A stretch of DNA of 61,620 bases, counting the filler, from Choristocarpus tenellus KU-1152 (Eukaryota; Protista; Phaeophyceae), in the NCBI GenBank assembly GCA_964200185.2. It is 8 parts of 8 records of this genome, joined end to end, with 100 filler letters (N's around TTAATTAATTAA, not from the genome) between each part and the next. Parts side by side here need not be neighbours in the genome. Positions count along the whole stretch, not along the records: positions 48,253 to 52,936 come from CAXNAD020013474.1; positions 53,037 to 58,501 come from CAXNAD020010702.1; positions 58,602 to 61,620 come from CAXNAD020022893.1; 5 more parts are not named here. The stretch is one strand, 5' to 3'. Position 1 is the first letter of the stretch; every line of letters begins with the position of its first letter. Both the position numbers and the translations under genes were made by a program. Under the pieces are notes generated by a model. That model was not told the origin of the DNA. It made no database searches and saw only the letters and a list, made by a program, of their open reading frames with translations. This document shows, in pieces, positions 51,241-61,620 of the stretch.

Positions 51241-51436
51241 GAATCAAAGTATCTTAGAGGGTAGAGCCGCGTCCATTTGACGGTCAAAATCCAATGTCGC
51301 AATTTTGATGTAATTTTGGCCATCATGTTTGTTAGCAAGTGTCAATATACTTGTTCCGGACACACCGTTTCATAATGCATACATTTTATCTACACCGAAA
51401 CTATTGGAGTAGGTAAAATGTCATCAAAACCCGTGA
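51241..51436 (+). mobile_element. MITE family A copy, 3' truncated
   Basis: Left TIR and interior are present; similarity stops after AAAACCCGTG. Confidence 0.85.
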
Positions 51437-52182
51437 ATATAGAGAAAGGATGGGGGGAAAGGAAGGATTAAGAATGGACTCTGATGTGGCTCAAAGAGGG
51501 ACAAGGGAAGGATACAGTCCAAACGTGAAAAAAGAGTACCCGAAGAGGAAGTAGCTATCATCAGTTGTTCAAACGGATTGGCCCGTACGAACCCAGAGTA
51601 TATATCTGGAGTAGCTGGAGCCACAAGACTATTTTTAAGTGGACACATAGAGCAAAAATACTTCATACGTTTTCGCTCTTGGACCCCTCTTTGTTGGGTG
51701 GAAGGAAGAATGATGGCCTAGTGGGATACGGTAAAGTAGGAAGAAAAAGGAGGAATAGAAAAGAGTAAGAGAATGAAATACGACAAGGCAAGGGCCAGAG
51801 TTGGGAGGAGGCGTAGAGCCTCTGGGCGGTGATGAATGGGATCAAGAGTTGTAAGTGTTTGTTATTCCCGTCCATGTACCCTAGAGCTTGAATGGGCGGA
51901 GCTCATGCCTGATAAGAGGAGGGTGTCATTTTCAACTGGTTTGGTCGTTGTACAGGAGAATCAAGGGCAGGTTGCAGTTCCCACGAAGTTGGAAAGAGTT
52001 CCCAAGTTGCGAGTAACTCCGGTTGTACAAAGAGGCCCGTTTGAGTCGTGGTCTGTTTTTTGGAGCAGGTGGAGCCACAAAAATATCAATCCCACTGCGT
52101 TGTCACTATTGATAAGAGCATTTGTTAAAGAATAGATGAACTTGGTTATGGGTTATTGGGTACAGAGGAGGACGAGATGGAT

Positions 52183-52255
52183 GGGGGATTAGCTCAAATG
52201 GTAGAGCGCTTCCTTAGCATGGAAGAAGTAGTGGGATCGATACCCACATTCTCCA
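52183..52255 (+). tRNA. trnA-AGC: tRNA-Ala (AGC)
   Basis: GGGGGATTAGCTCAAATGGTAGAGCG CTTCC-TTAGCAT-GGAAG AAGTA GTGGG-ATCGATA-CCCAC ATTCTCCA: full cloverleaf, G3:U70, followed by T-runs (Pol III terminator). Confidence 0.97.
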
Positions 52256-53978
52256 ATTCTTTTGTCTTTTCCAGACATTCCCAGACTTGGCGCTTGGTCA
52301 TGGTTGTAAATAAGCTATCAACTAGAGAGAGTCTACCCCGCGCACTCTTGATCGTAGGGCCCGCATTCCTTCCTATACACGTTGCATATGTGCTCAACTA
52401 TACTATTTCTCCACGTACCTGAAGGTCTCCACTGGAAAGTGAACATAGTATCTCCTCCTCTGATGTTTCCTTTCAAAGTGCATCTCACCAAGCCTTCGCT
52501 ACATACAACATCTCTATCAAATTCATCGATATTGAAGCATCTGTTACCTCCCCATGTGACAAAGGAAAGGAAGAGGTAGCATCTTGGGGACAAGACTCTT
52601 TCGTGGATGTAACGCACAACTGCATCCAACGTCAGAGGAAGGAAAAGGGGAAAGTGTCAGGAGAAGGGAATATATAACAAACAGCTATGTGGCGTGTGTG
52701 GGAACTCTAGGAGTGCAGAAGGAGTGGCAGGCACGACTTGGGAAGAGATAAGGAGAGGTATAGGAATAGGGGGGAAGTGCTAGGATTCTCTACAGGCATA
52801 ATATGAAGAAGGAAAAAATAGCAAGGTTTCAAAGGCCTCCGTTCGGAGTAGTCCAGGGGAATACAAAGGAGACCAGAGTGCTTCACTGCTGAAGTTCGGG
52901 AAAGGAGCAGAGAAATACGAAATGGAAGGGAAGTGGNNNNNNNNNNNNNNNNNNNNNNNNNNNNNNNNNNNNNNNNNNNNTTAATTAATTAANNNNNNNN
53001 NNNNNNNNNNNNNNNNNNNNNNNNNNNNNNNNNNNNAGTGGTTGGCGAAGTGGGGGTTCCTGCCCTCGGAGCACACGGGGTGACAAGGGGACTACTGTAG
53101 GATTACAGCATTGCCCCCTGTTGGTACAAGCAACAGGTAAGTTGAGGGGGAGTACTAGCTTCTCCCAGTACGTGAGAAGACTACATCCTCTACTCTGCGC
53201 AAGCTTCTGTTAATGGCTAGTGGATGTTTGTGCCCCTCCTCATAGAAGCCCTAGGTCAAGAGGACACTACCCAGAACAGCATAACTTTGAGCGTCCACCA
53301 GGGTGGCACACCTTCACATTAGGGAAACTGTTATACTGATTACTTGTAGGTAAGTTGAGGCCTTGGTGCAGGAGCATCCCGTTTATGCGGACCTCACTGC
53401 TGTCACGCTGTTGGGGACCTGGATCTATGATGTTTGTCAGGGTGGTACAAGTGGTATTGTTGTCCCTCATTTTCCATCTTCCCTACACTGCTGACAATGT
53501 TCCGCTTGATAACATTCGAAATTCATCAAGGGGTTCATCCCGCAGATGGACGGAAGTTTGCCCTCTGGAATCTTGGGGGGGTCAACCCACATGAGAGGCT
53601 TGTGCGATGGAAGGAATTGGTGCTAACACACAGCTTCCTGTTCACATCCCCCAGGTGGGGAGAACAGGGCCTTATTACTGCTCCCTCACTGACTGGTGCA
53701 TGTCCAACCCTACACGGACCGCTGGCAGGATTGCTCAAAAGGTCTGAGATGTCCTGGATCCTCCAGGGAAAGGGTACATCCCAGGCCCACAGCACGAGGC
53801 AATTATCACCTTTCCTCCAACTAATACCATGACCCTTGTTGAGGAGACCCGTGTAGTTCAACTGGGGGAGCGTTTTGAGGATCTGCTATATTTTCCCCCT
53901 CTTGAAGAAGATATGCCAATGGTTCTACAGCTGTTCCTGCAATGAAGTCTGAGACACAGTGTTTTTCAGAAGCACTAC

Positions 53979-54235
53979 TCAGAAAAGTAAACGAGAGGTA
54001 CCCAGATTTGGCCGATTTGCATTTCAAGTCTTATTTTTCAATATTTTCCAATTTACCCATATTTCTATGGATGAGGTTATAATTTTGACTTGAGGGAATA
54101 TATCTCTCTATTGTTTGAAACTTTTCCGACTCAATTCAGAAAATATCCATTACGCATTTGTTTAAAAAGCCGAATTTGCGCATGTTTCTCCACATCCTCA
54201 AAAAACAACTGGATCCCTCTCATATACTTTGACTC
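53979..54235 (+). mobile_element. MITE family C copy
   Basis: AAAGTAAACGAGAGGTACCCAG ... CTGGATCCCTCTCATATACTTTGACTC; the same left end occurs at 57281. Confidence 0.65.
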
Positions 54236-54561
54236 ACTGCTACCCTGATTTGGTGCAACCAACATGCAAGAAAAGGGTTCTTCCAATATCAAGTCGGCCT
54301 TACATCAATACATGAACCAATGCAAAACTAACTCATGTCTGCACATTCAAGGTCACATCAGTCACTTTTTTCCAGGCAGCTCCAAATAGACTTTCCCCCT
54401 TCCATGCTTCCACCAAGTTAAAATTATTACAGGTACTGGAGGGCCACCTGCCCTGTCACCAATCAATTTCAAGCATCATTTCTCTTCATTGGCTTGGGCT
54501 AATTCTGCTCATGAAATACCACTGTTCCCCTTAACGCACTCCTTCCCCACCTCTTCCCCAC

Positions 54562-57500
54562 CTCCAGTCCCAAACCCTCCAGTTCCTCCTCAGACTTGCG
54601 TATCTTCAGTCTCAACAACCGCTCCTCCTCCTTGGACATGGTGATGCAGTTCACCAGCATGTCCCATTCATGATCAAAATTTTCGGCCCATCCACCTTGA
54701 GAAAGCAGAGATGGGGTGTAAGTTTGTGGAATAGACTTGATAGTCAGGTTGAAGGTTGGGGGGATTGGAGGTGAGTATAGGATACAAAGTAGTAGGAGGA
54801 GGATGGGTTATTTCATACGTGCTCAAGCTACACTAGGTAGAGACTGATGGCTTGGTTGCATTGTGAGGTTCATGTGAGAAAATGGTCATTTAGGCCAGTA
54901 ATAGATAAAAAAAAAGGTGAACTAACAAGTTGCACCATCTGAATCAGAGCAAAAGTATCTTAGAGGGTAGAGCCGCGTCCATTTGGGGTTCAAAATCCAA
55001 TGTTGCGATTTTGATGTAATTTTGGGCATCGCGTTTGTTTAGGAAGTGTCAATATCTGCGTTTCGGACACACCTCTTCATAATGTATACATTTTACCTTC
55101 TCCTAAACATTTTGGAGTAGCAAAATGTCATAAAAAAAACATGAGAAGCCAAGCCTCAAATGGACAAACAGGGCAAAACTCTTACCCTCTAAGATACTAT
55201 CACTCATCGTACCACAACGTGTAGGACGTCTTCTCACTAGCATAGGAATTGCTGCCCTTCAACCTAACAAAGGATGCCATGTCTTGCAGTACGTCCCATG
55301 ATGCTGTGTACCTTAATGGACTTTTCTCTGTTCTGAAGTAGCACAGAGCTCAGGCTAGGGTACAAGGTTCATAAATAATATATGTTTAAGGTGGGTGTCT
55401 CTCTTCAGGGTGTCAGCCTGCTTCTGTGTATTGAGTGCTGTTTTACCTTGCATTGCCTCTGCGTCTATATTTTCCATCTCACTCTCGATCACTGGCAACC
55501 GTAACTCGGCTTCCTGGAGGAGTAGGGTTTGCAGCAACTTAGAGTTCAGGAAGTAGACGAGGCTTGCTCATGTCCTTGGCGTGCAAAGTATGCTAAAGGA
55601 ACTGGCACTCAGTCCAAATCACACTAGTATTGGAAAAAAGTTGTCCGCTAACCTTTTCCTATTCGTGCTCTCCAGAAAATGTGAAGCACTGGAGTTGTGA
55701 TGCCGTGTATTGCCACACATATGTCCATGTGTGTTTGGTCGGAGTAAATGCATGTGTTGAGGGTATGTGCACAGTGTATGTGGAGACATTGACTGCCAGG
55801 CATACTACGTATTCGGTGATAATTGTTTATCAATCCTACGTAGAAGATGTTGTACTCCGAAGTACACAATAAGCCACGAGTATAGATACACAGTATGAAA
55901 TGTCCGTGTACAAGCTGTTCCAAAGCGCAGTGAACAGGATGCATGATGTCATTGAGACTCAATTTACCCAAGCAGCAAAGTTCGCATGAAATGAGCCGAC
56001 CCAGCGAAAGGTGGTGATGGCTGCCGTTCTTTCAAGTTACAGCTGACACCCATGAACTAACATGTTATACAGATTCGTAATCATCTTTGTTGTTATACTA
56101 TTGCATACACCGGCCTAGTTTACTCCGATGAATGGCTATCTCTCGACTTGATGCTCAGGGTGTCTCTGAATCTACATCGGACTGGATGAACGTCAAAACA
56201 AATGTCATGATGTGACACAATCACACAATGCTGAGACAGCAAGTGCTGCCTTACAACTGTCTGTGCTCCCATCATCAATCCTTCTCAATATTTAATAGTG
56301 CGGTAGTAAGATTGTACTTCACCAGGCCTTTTGAAACAAGCTCTAAGTGTAAAGTTGTATTCCAACTGTTAGAGGAAATGTGAAAGCAATCGACAGCAAT
56401 TAGACCTCCTCACCGCCCTGAACGTGTGAAGGTCCTTTATCCGAGCATGAGATCTGTTGATTGACTTCCGAACTTCAGACATGTCTGTTGCACAGAGATC
56501 CAGATCCGACGTTATCTGAAGCAATAGCAATGCAGTTGTTGAGGAGCATTTAATTCATAGTTCAACTTATGATGGGGACTAGTGGCAACTCTGAAATCTA
56601 AGAACTGCTTATGTCAGAAAGGATGACTGATACATGCTTGTTTCCCAGATTAATATGGAATATTTCAGGTGTAATAACTCCAGTCACCATCGTTTTACTC
56701 GTTGTGGCATTGATTGGGATCAGCACACCAGCTATATCTGATGTATATACTCGGAGCAATAAAAAAAGTGGGATATCTATTGCTTGATACACCTCCCAAA
56801 TCAACCACAATGGTGTGTACTTTCCATGAGACAGGAAAATGGCGTGTGCAACCTGAACCTGAGGTTGACTCAGATCAAAAAAGAGACTTCAGTAGCTGAA
56901 GCGTGGGGGCTCTACGAGACCATTAAGAAATAGGTGTTTCGCCATAAATTGTACAAGGTATGCTTCCAGATGGCTCTTCTATCACCAGATCCTTAGAGGT
57001 ACATGAGACAACTCTTGTAGGCATGCAGTATTCTCCATGTGCCATATCTCGTGGGAGATTCTCCCGATACAACACCACAAGTCTACTTCTTCAAGAGGGT
57101 CGACAGGAAGAATGTGATTGGGTGATGGGAATTATGTAGGAGGGCCTACATGTCAAGTCTATTCTAGGTGTTGTTGAATATGACCAAAATGTATTTGAAT
57201 GCTTGTGTCTCCTTGTGTTACAGTATATTCCACGCAAGCACACTATACTCGACCTATGGCCATGGTTTTTGCAGAGTGCCAAAGTAAACGAGAGGTAACC
57301 AGGGTTGCATTCTTAAGGGCGCTGACAAACGCGAAAAATTCGACTTTTTTTGTACTACAAATGCATGTGGGGACTTTTCTGAACTCTGTCGAAATTTTTT
57401 CAAACAACAGATAAATCAATGCTCTCAAGTTGATTTCAGCACTTCATCCAAATAAACAAGGGCAAATCGCAAAAAAACCCAAAACAACTAACACGCAAAA

Positions 57501-58076
57501 TGACCAAAACCTGGGTACCTCTCGGGTAACTTGGAGATCATCACCCCATGTGACCAGAAAATAAATCTGACCAGGAGCTTGGCACAAACCTCCACTACTT
57601 TAGTTTACCTCCAGTCTGGTGCTCGAAAATCTTTCCTGCGTGAATCACATTCTGTATTACCAGAGCGTAGAGTACATGCAGATGAAGGCGTATCCTCGAA
57701 GTGATGATTAAACTAAGTTGGTCTACTGCATTAAAGGTTAAAAAAACACCAAATTGAAATACACCTCACATGTACAAATATATATGCTCAAGTTTTAGGA
57801 CACAATTCCCACACATTAGATGAGTGGACCTCCAATGCCTCTCTTTCCCTTTAGCACTGTAATATTGTCATGTTGTGAATGGACAAGAGTTATCATCATG
57901 CAGGTAACAGCTCTCTTCTCTTTCCTGTCCCCATAACCACACCGCTCCAAGTACCTTCACGAACAAGAGCTGCACTTACCTCCCTTATCTCCTCTTTGAC
58001 CTCTCTCAGCTGAACAGCAGACCTCTGCACCTTCCATTCTATCTTCAATTTCTCCAATCTTAGACCAATCTTGTAC
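54562..58076 (-). CDS. Three internal exons of a coiled-coil-rich unknown protein
   Basis: 57980-58076 (YKIGLRLEKLKIEWKVQRSAVQLREVKEEIRE), 55447-55537 (LLQTLLLQEAELRLPVIESEMENIDAEAMQ), 54562-54695 (GGWAENFDHEWDMLVNCITMSKEEERLLRLKIRK). GT-AG borders and phases agree. Confidence 0.7.
54947..55205 (+). mobile_element. MITE family A copy (intronic), flanks ATCA/ATCG
   Basis: Both TIRs present. Confidence 0.9.
56600..57190 (-). pseudogene. Possible decayed hAT transposase fragment in an intron
   Basis: Stop-riddled frames give ESPTRYGTW (cf. hAT xTRW/FxS/T) and PLFLLLRVYTSD (cf. PLxxxLRxxDxD). Confidence 0.3.
57276..57535 (+). mobile_element. MITE family C copy
   Basis: TIRs CCAAAGTAAACGAGAGGTAACCAGG / CCTGGGTACCTCTCGGGTAACTTGG. 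Confidence 0.7.
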
Positions 58077-58382
58077 CTGATAACAAGGTCCATACCAGCA
58101 TGCAACCAGTACGAGAAAAGTGGTAGAAGTCAGAAAGATGGGTGGGATAGAAATTTGAGAGCTCGAACGAGCATGCTCATGGGGGTAAGGGGGATAGGGT
58201 CGTGGGTAATAGAGGGGAAAGGGGGTGCCAATCAAGGAAGCTGGAGGGATGGATTGGCTAACGGGAAGAGGTGTGAACGCCTCTGTCAACCTTTTGGGGA
58301 AGTATGACAGTCAGTAATTGGCATTGGATACTGGCAACTGTTTCACTGGTAAGACGGCCAGAAAGCGGCCAATTAGATATAT

Positions 58383-58501
58383 GACCCAAAGTATCTGGGG
58401 GGGGGGTCTACACCAGGGTGTCCATTTGGACCATAACCAGGAAAAGTGCACTTACATTGTCCATCTGATACATGCAACCAAGGGTCAAAGTGTCTGGGGG
58501 G
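58383..58501 (+). mobile_element. MITE family B left end, with a second left end starting at about 58482
   Basis: GACCCAAAGTATCTGGGG...TCTACACCAGGGTGT, then GGGTCAAAGTGTCTGGGG at the contig end. Confidence 0.75.
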
Positions 58502-58601
58502 NNNNNNNNNNNNNNNNNNNNNNNNNNNNNNNNNNNNNNNNNNNNTTAATTAATTAANNNNNNNNNNNNNNNNNNNNNNNNNNNNNNNNNNNNNNNNNNN
58601 N

Positions 58602-58980
58602 TCTCTTCATTCTTAAATTGTTTCTTCTACAGAATCTTCTTTTACACATGAATAAAAAGCATATTCTTAACAACTGCCTATAATCAATAACCGCAACTTC
58701 ATCATCTGCTCATTGAGGTACTCTACTTCATGGGTGGCTTGCTTTAGAATTTTCTTCCTCATTGCCAAACCCACACCCAAGTTACCCTGACTATCCTTGA
58801 CACCACTAAAGAACATCTTGTATTTGGGCAATTGGAGTCCAATCACTTGGCATCTACAAGCTCAAGCCAGTTGCATCAAGACTACCACATGAACCACTCC
58901 TTTCTTGCTATTCACTGCTATTGTTTGAATATTACAAGCGGTCGCAGTCAGATCCCTCTTCCGGAATTTCTGGGGTCTCA
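58602..58980 (-). mobile_element. Decayed non-LTR retrotransposon (RTE-like) apurinic-endonuclease fragment
   Basis: One frame with stops: TACNIQTIA...CQVIGLQ...YKMFFSG...GNLGVGLAMRKKI...EYLNEQMMKLRL, matching APE motifs (TxNVRTL, DIIGLQE, GVGLA, ERLM). Confidence 0.7.
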
Positions 58981-59640
58981 AGTAAGATTGTTTACGGAGG
59001 GCAGAACGGTAAATCCTTTTTCGAGGATACTACTCTTTTTTCTTCCTTGCTATCTAGAGACTACCTCTACACCTGCCTTGCTTCTCATGATAAGAAGGAA
59101 GTAAGCCCACTGCTCGTCGGCTACGTCCAGCTCTTTATTGTTGCTGGATCAGGCGGATTATGGTGCGATGTGTTTCTCAAGGAAATAATATGGGACATAT
59201 CTTCCGCAGGGTGGTAGAATATCCGCAGGGGACTTTAGTCCATAGGGTTTCTCGCCGTCCTACCCCCCAACCCGTCCTAGCCGTCCATGCTGCATGGTCA
59301 AGGAGGAAGAATGATGCACAGGGAAATAGCAATGCGAGGGCAACAGGATTTCGACGACTTGATTGAAGAGTTTCTAGATTGGGAACAATGTATCCCCGCC
59401 TCTAGTTCTAGCACCACTGCTGCAAAGTCCAACCCAAATGAGAAAAGACTTACTCTGTACTGAGTTGGATGGAAGATGCAACAGTACCGTTAGCTACCAT
59501 CTTAAATTCACACACAATCTACCAGTTCCACTTGAAACTCTCTGTAGTTTACAGTGCCTGGCAACACAGATAATCAATATCTACGTTGCAAGTACCCTAA
59601 GGTGTCCAATTTTTGTCAAGCGCATGGATGCTGGTGAAGA

Positions 59641-59922
59641 GGGTAAAAGTATCTTCGAGGGTACGAATTTTCCCTGTTTGTCCGTTTGGGACTTGACTTC
59701 CCACGATTTTATTATGATATTTCCCTACTCTGAAATGTTTTGGAGTAGGTAAATGTATACGTTTTGGAGTAGGAATCATGTATAAAACTGTGAAAAGGTG
59801 TGCCCAGAACAAGGATGTTGATACTTCCCAACAAACACCATAGCCAAAATTACATCAAATTCGCAACATTGAATTTTGACCCCCAAACGGACGCGACTCT
59901 ACCCTCTAAGATATTTCGACTC
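59641..59922 (-). mobile_element. MITE family A copy
   Basis: Both TIRs; small internal duplication of TTTGGAGTAGG. Confidence 0.88.
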
Positions 59923-60750
59923 AGAACAAGAAAAGGAGTACACAGGTCGTGATGCCACCTGCTACGTTCTTGAAACGCTGGTAGGTGATATAGATTAATG
60001 TGGTAGATGCATGTCACTCATTTGGCTAGAGGTAACAAGTATCTACTTCTTGTCATGGGAATGAAAATTGATCGAGATGGATTGGGCTCTGTTTCCCGCA
60101 GATAATTCCAAGAATCAAACTAACTTGCCCCATACACTGTTGAACTGTTGTTGAGCCGTTCGGAACTTTGTTGGGCACGGCAGGGTATGCGAGGCAGTTC
60201 ATACGAAATTATGGCATTTTTTGCTGCTTCCCTCAATGATATTATCTGAAGAAAGGTGTAGGATCGGAGCGGGTCCCACAAGCAGAGATGTTGGATAGCT
60301 TTCCCCCTCTCCAACCAGATGTCTTCCATACCCTGTAGGATCTGTAATGCCCTAACAATATATTGCACTCAACAAGTGTTTCCCTACGAAACATCCTCTT
60401 GCCCCAAGAAGAACATTTGGTTTGTTCCAAATATTATGTAACCCTGTCAAAAAGGCGTAGCAGAGTGAGGGAAAAGAGGAGAGCTAATACTCAAGAAATG
60501 TCCTTAGTTACAAAGCAACAATACATAATGGAGGGCATGCTTCGAAGATGGAGACTGGTAAGAGTTTAAAGAGGTGGAAATGTTCTCTCTTATAAACAGC
60601 GAGAATGGACATTGAACTGCAAATGATAGGAGCGTGCTTGGGACATGGAGGAAAAAGTTGTAGTATGAGCATTAGCAGGGCAAGAGCTATGCTATTCGTG
60701 ATACATACACCTAATTTAAAGGGAGAGCGGTGGAAAGATATTATACTCAG

Positions 60751-61011
60751 GAGTTAAAGTATCTTAGAGGGTACGAATATTTCCCTGTTTGTCCATTTGG
60801 GGCTTGGCTTCCCACGGACTTTTAATGACGTTTTCCTACTCCGAAGTGTTTTGGAGTAGGATAAAATGTATATACATTGTGAAAAGGTGTGTCTGGAACA
60901 AGGATACTGACACTTCCTAACAAACACAATAGCCAAAATTACATCCAAATCGCAACATTGGATTTTGGCCCCCAAACGGACACGGCTCTACTCTCTAAGA
61001 TACTTTGACTC
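60751..61011 (-). mobile_element. MITE family A copy
   Basis: GAGTTAAAGTATCTTAGAGGGTAC...CTCTAAGATACTTTGACTC. Confidence 0.9.
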
Positions 61012-61543
61012 TTTGTTTAAGAGAGAAGACTGTTGTCTAGTGGACAGTATCCTGCTTTCTTTTTTTTTATTTCGATTTTAATTTCAAGTGAAGTAGTCTT
61101 AGAGTAATACCTTCAATGAGTTTGAGAACTTGTGTTATAGAGGGAAATGTCTCTATTCTAGAAAGTACATTTAAAATACCCTGTATTATGATCCTTACTT
61201 GAACGTGAAGTCAAAAGCAAAGTGAGTGTCGCAAGGACCGAGTGAGAGTCGCTCTAGCATATCTCTCCCTTGGGAAAAATTGAAGGGACTTTCTCACACA
61301 GTTCCTCATCTTAACAACACCATTCAGAACAGTAATAGTGACGATATGCTACATTTGCATAAATAATGCGCGATTAATTGTGACGATGTGTACATTCAGT
61401 CAACAGCTAACCTCCCACAGGTCAAATCAGACTGGGTGGTGGTTACCATCAGGTTCCTCATGAAGAGTAGGCCTTGTTGGACATGTCAATGCAAGCAATC
61501 TGTCCTGCAATTCTCCTACCATTGGGGGGCTAGAGGCGGCGGG

Positions 61544-61586
<43 letters not shown>

Positions 61587-61620
61587 CGGCGGGCGAGCCC
61601 GTGAACCCAAGGTGGCCCAA

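Noticed and set aside
52156-52422. ORF containing GGLAQMVERFLSMEEVVGSIPTFS
   Set aside because: Translation of the tRNA-Ala gene.
61524-61600. Long poly-G run as a G-quadruplex element
   Set aside because: Near a sequence end; probably a sequencing or assembly artefact.

Overview
Intron-rich, repeat-rich eukaryotic nuclear DNA. A brown alga or related ochrophyte is inferred from the gene families, intron density and TTAGGG-type repeats; this is not verified. The window is not contiguous: eight assembly pieces are joined by artificial 100-nt linkers (44 N + TTAATTAATTAA + 44 N), so adjacency across linkers has no biological meaning. Spliced genes I reconstructed by hand: DNA polymerase eta (10 exons, minus), head-to-head with a 7-exon conserved unknown gene; a terminal ZIP-transporter-like exon; a 7-bladed lactonase (3' truncated); a 2-exon cupin gene head-to-head with RNase H1 (3' truncated, GC-AG intron); the 5' part of a NAK-family kinase; three exons of a coiled-coil protein; and tRNA-Ala(AGC). 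The non-coding part holds about 17 copies of three MITE-like families sharing one terminal motif, decayed hAT, pogo-like and LINE fragments, and several minisatellites. The most unusual signals are the shared-terminus MITE system, two inverted homologous minisatellite arrays bracketing a hAT fragment, and a 19-unit 77-bp array with a compensatory-substituted palindrome. I found no CRISPR array or prokaryotic-type system, and cannot claim a definitively new system from sequence alone.
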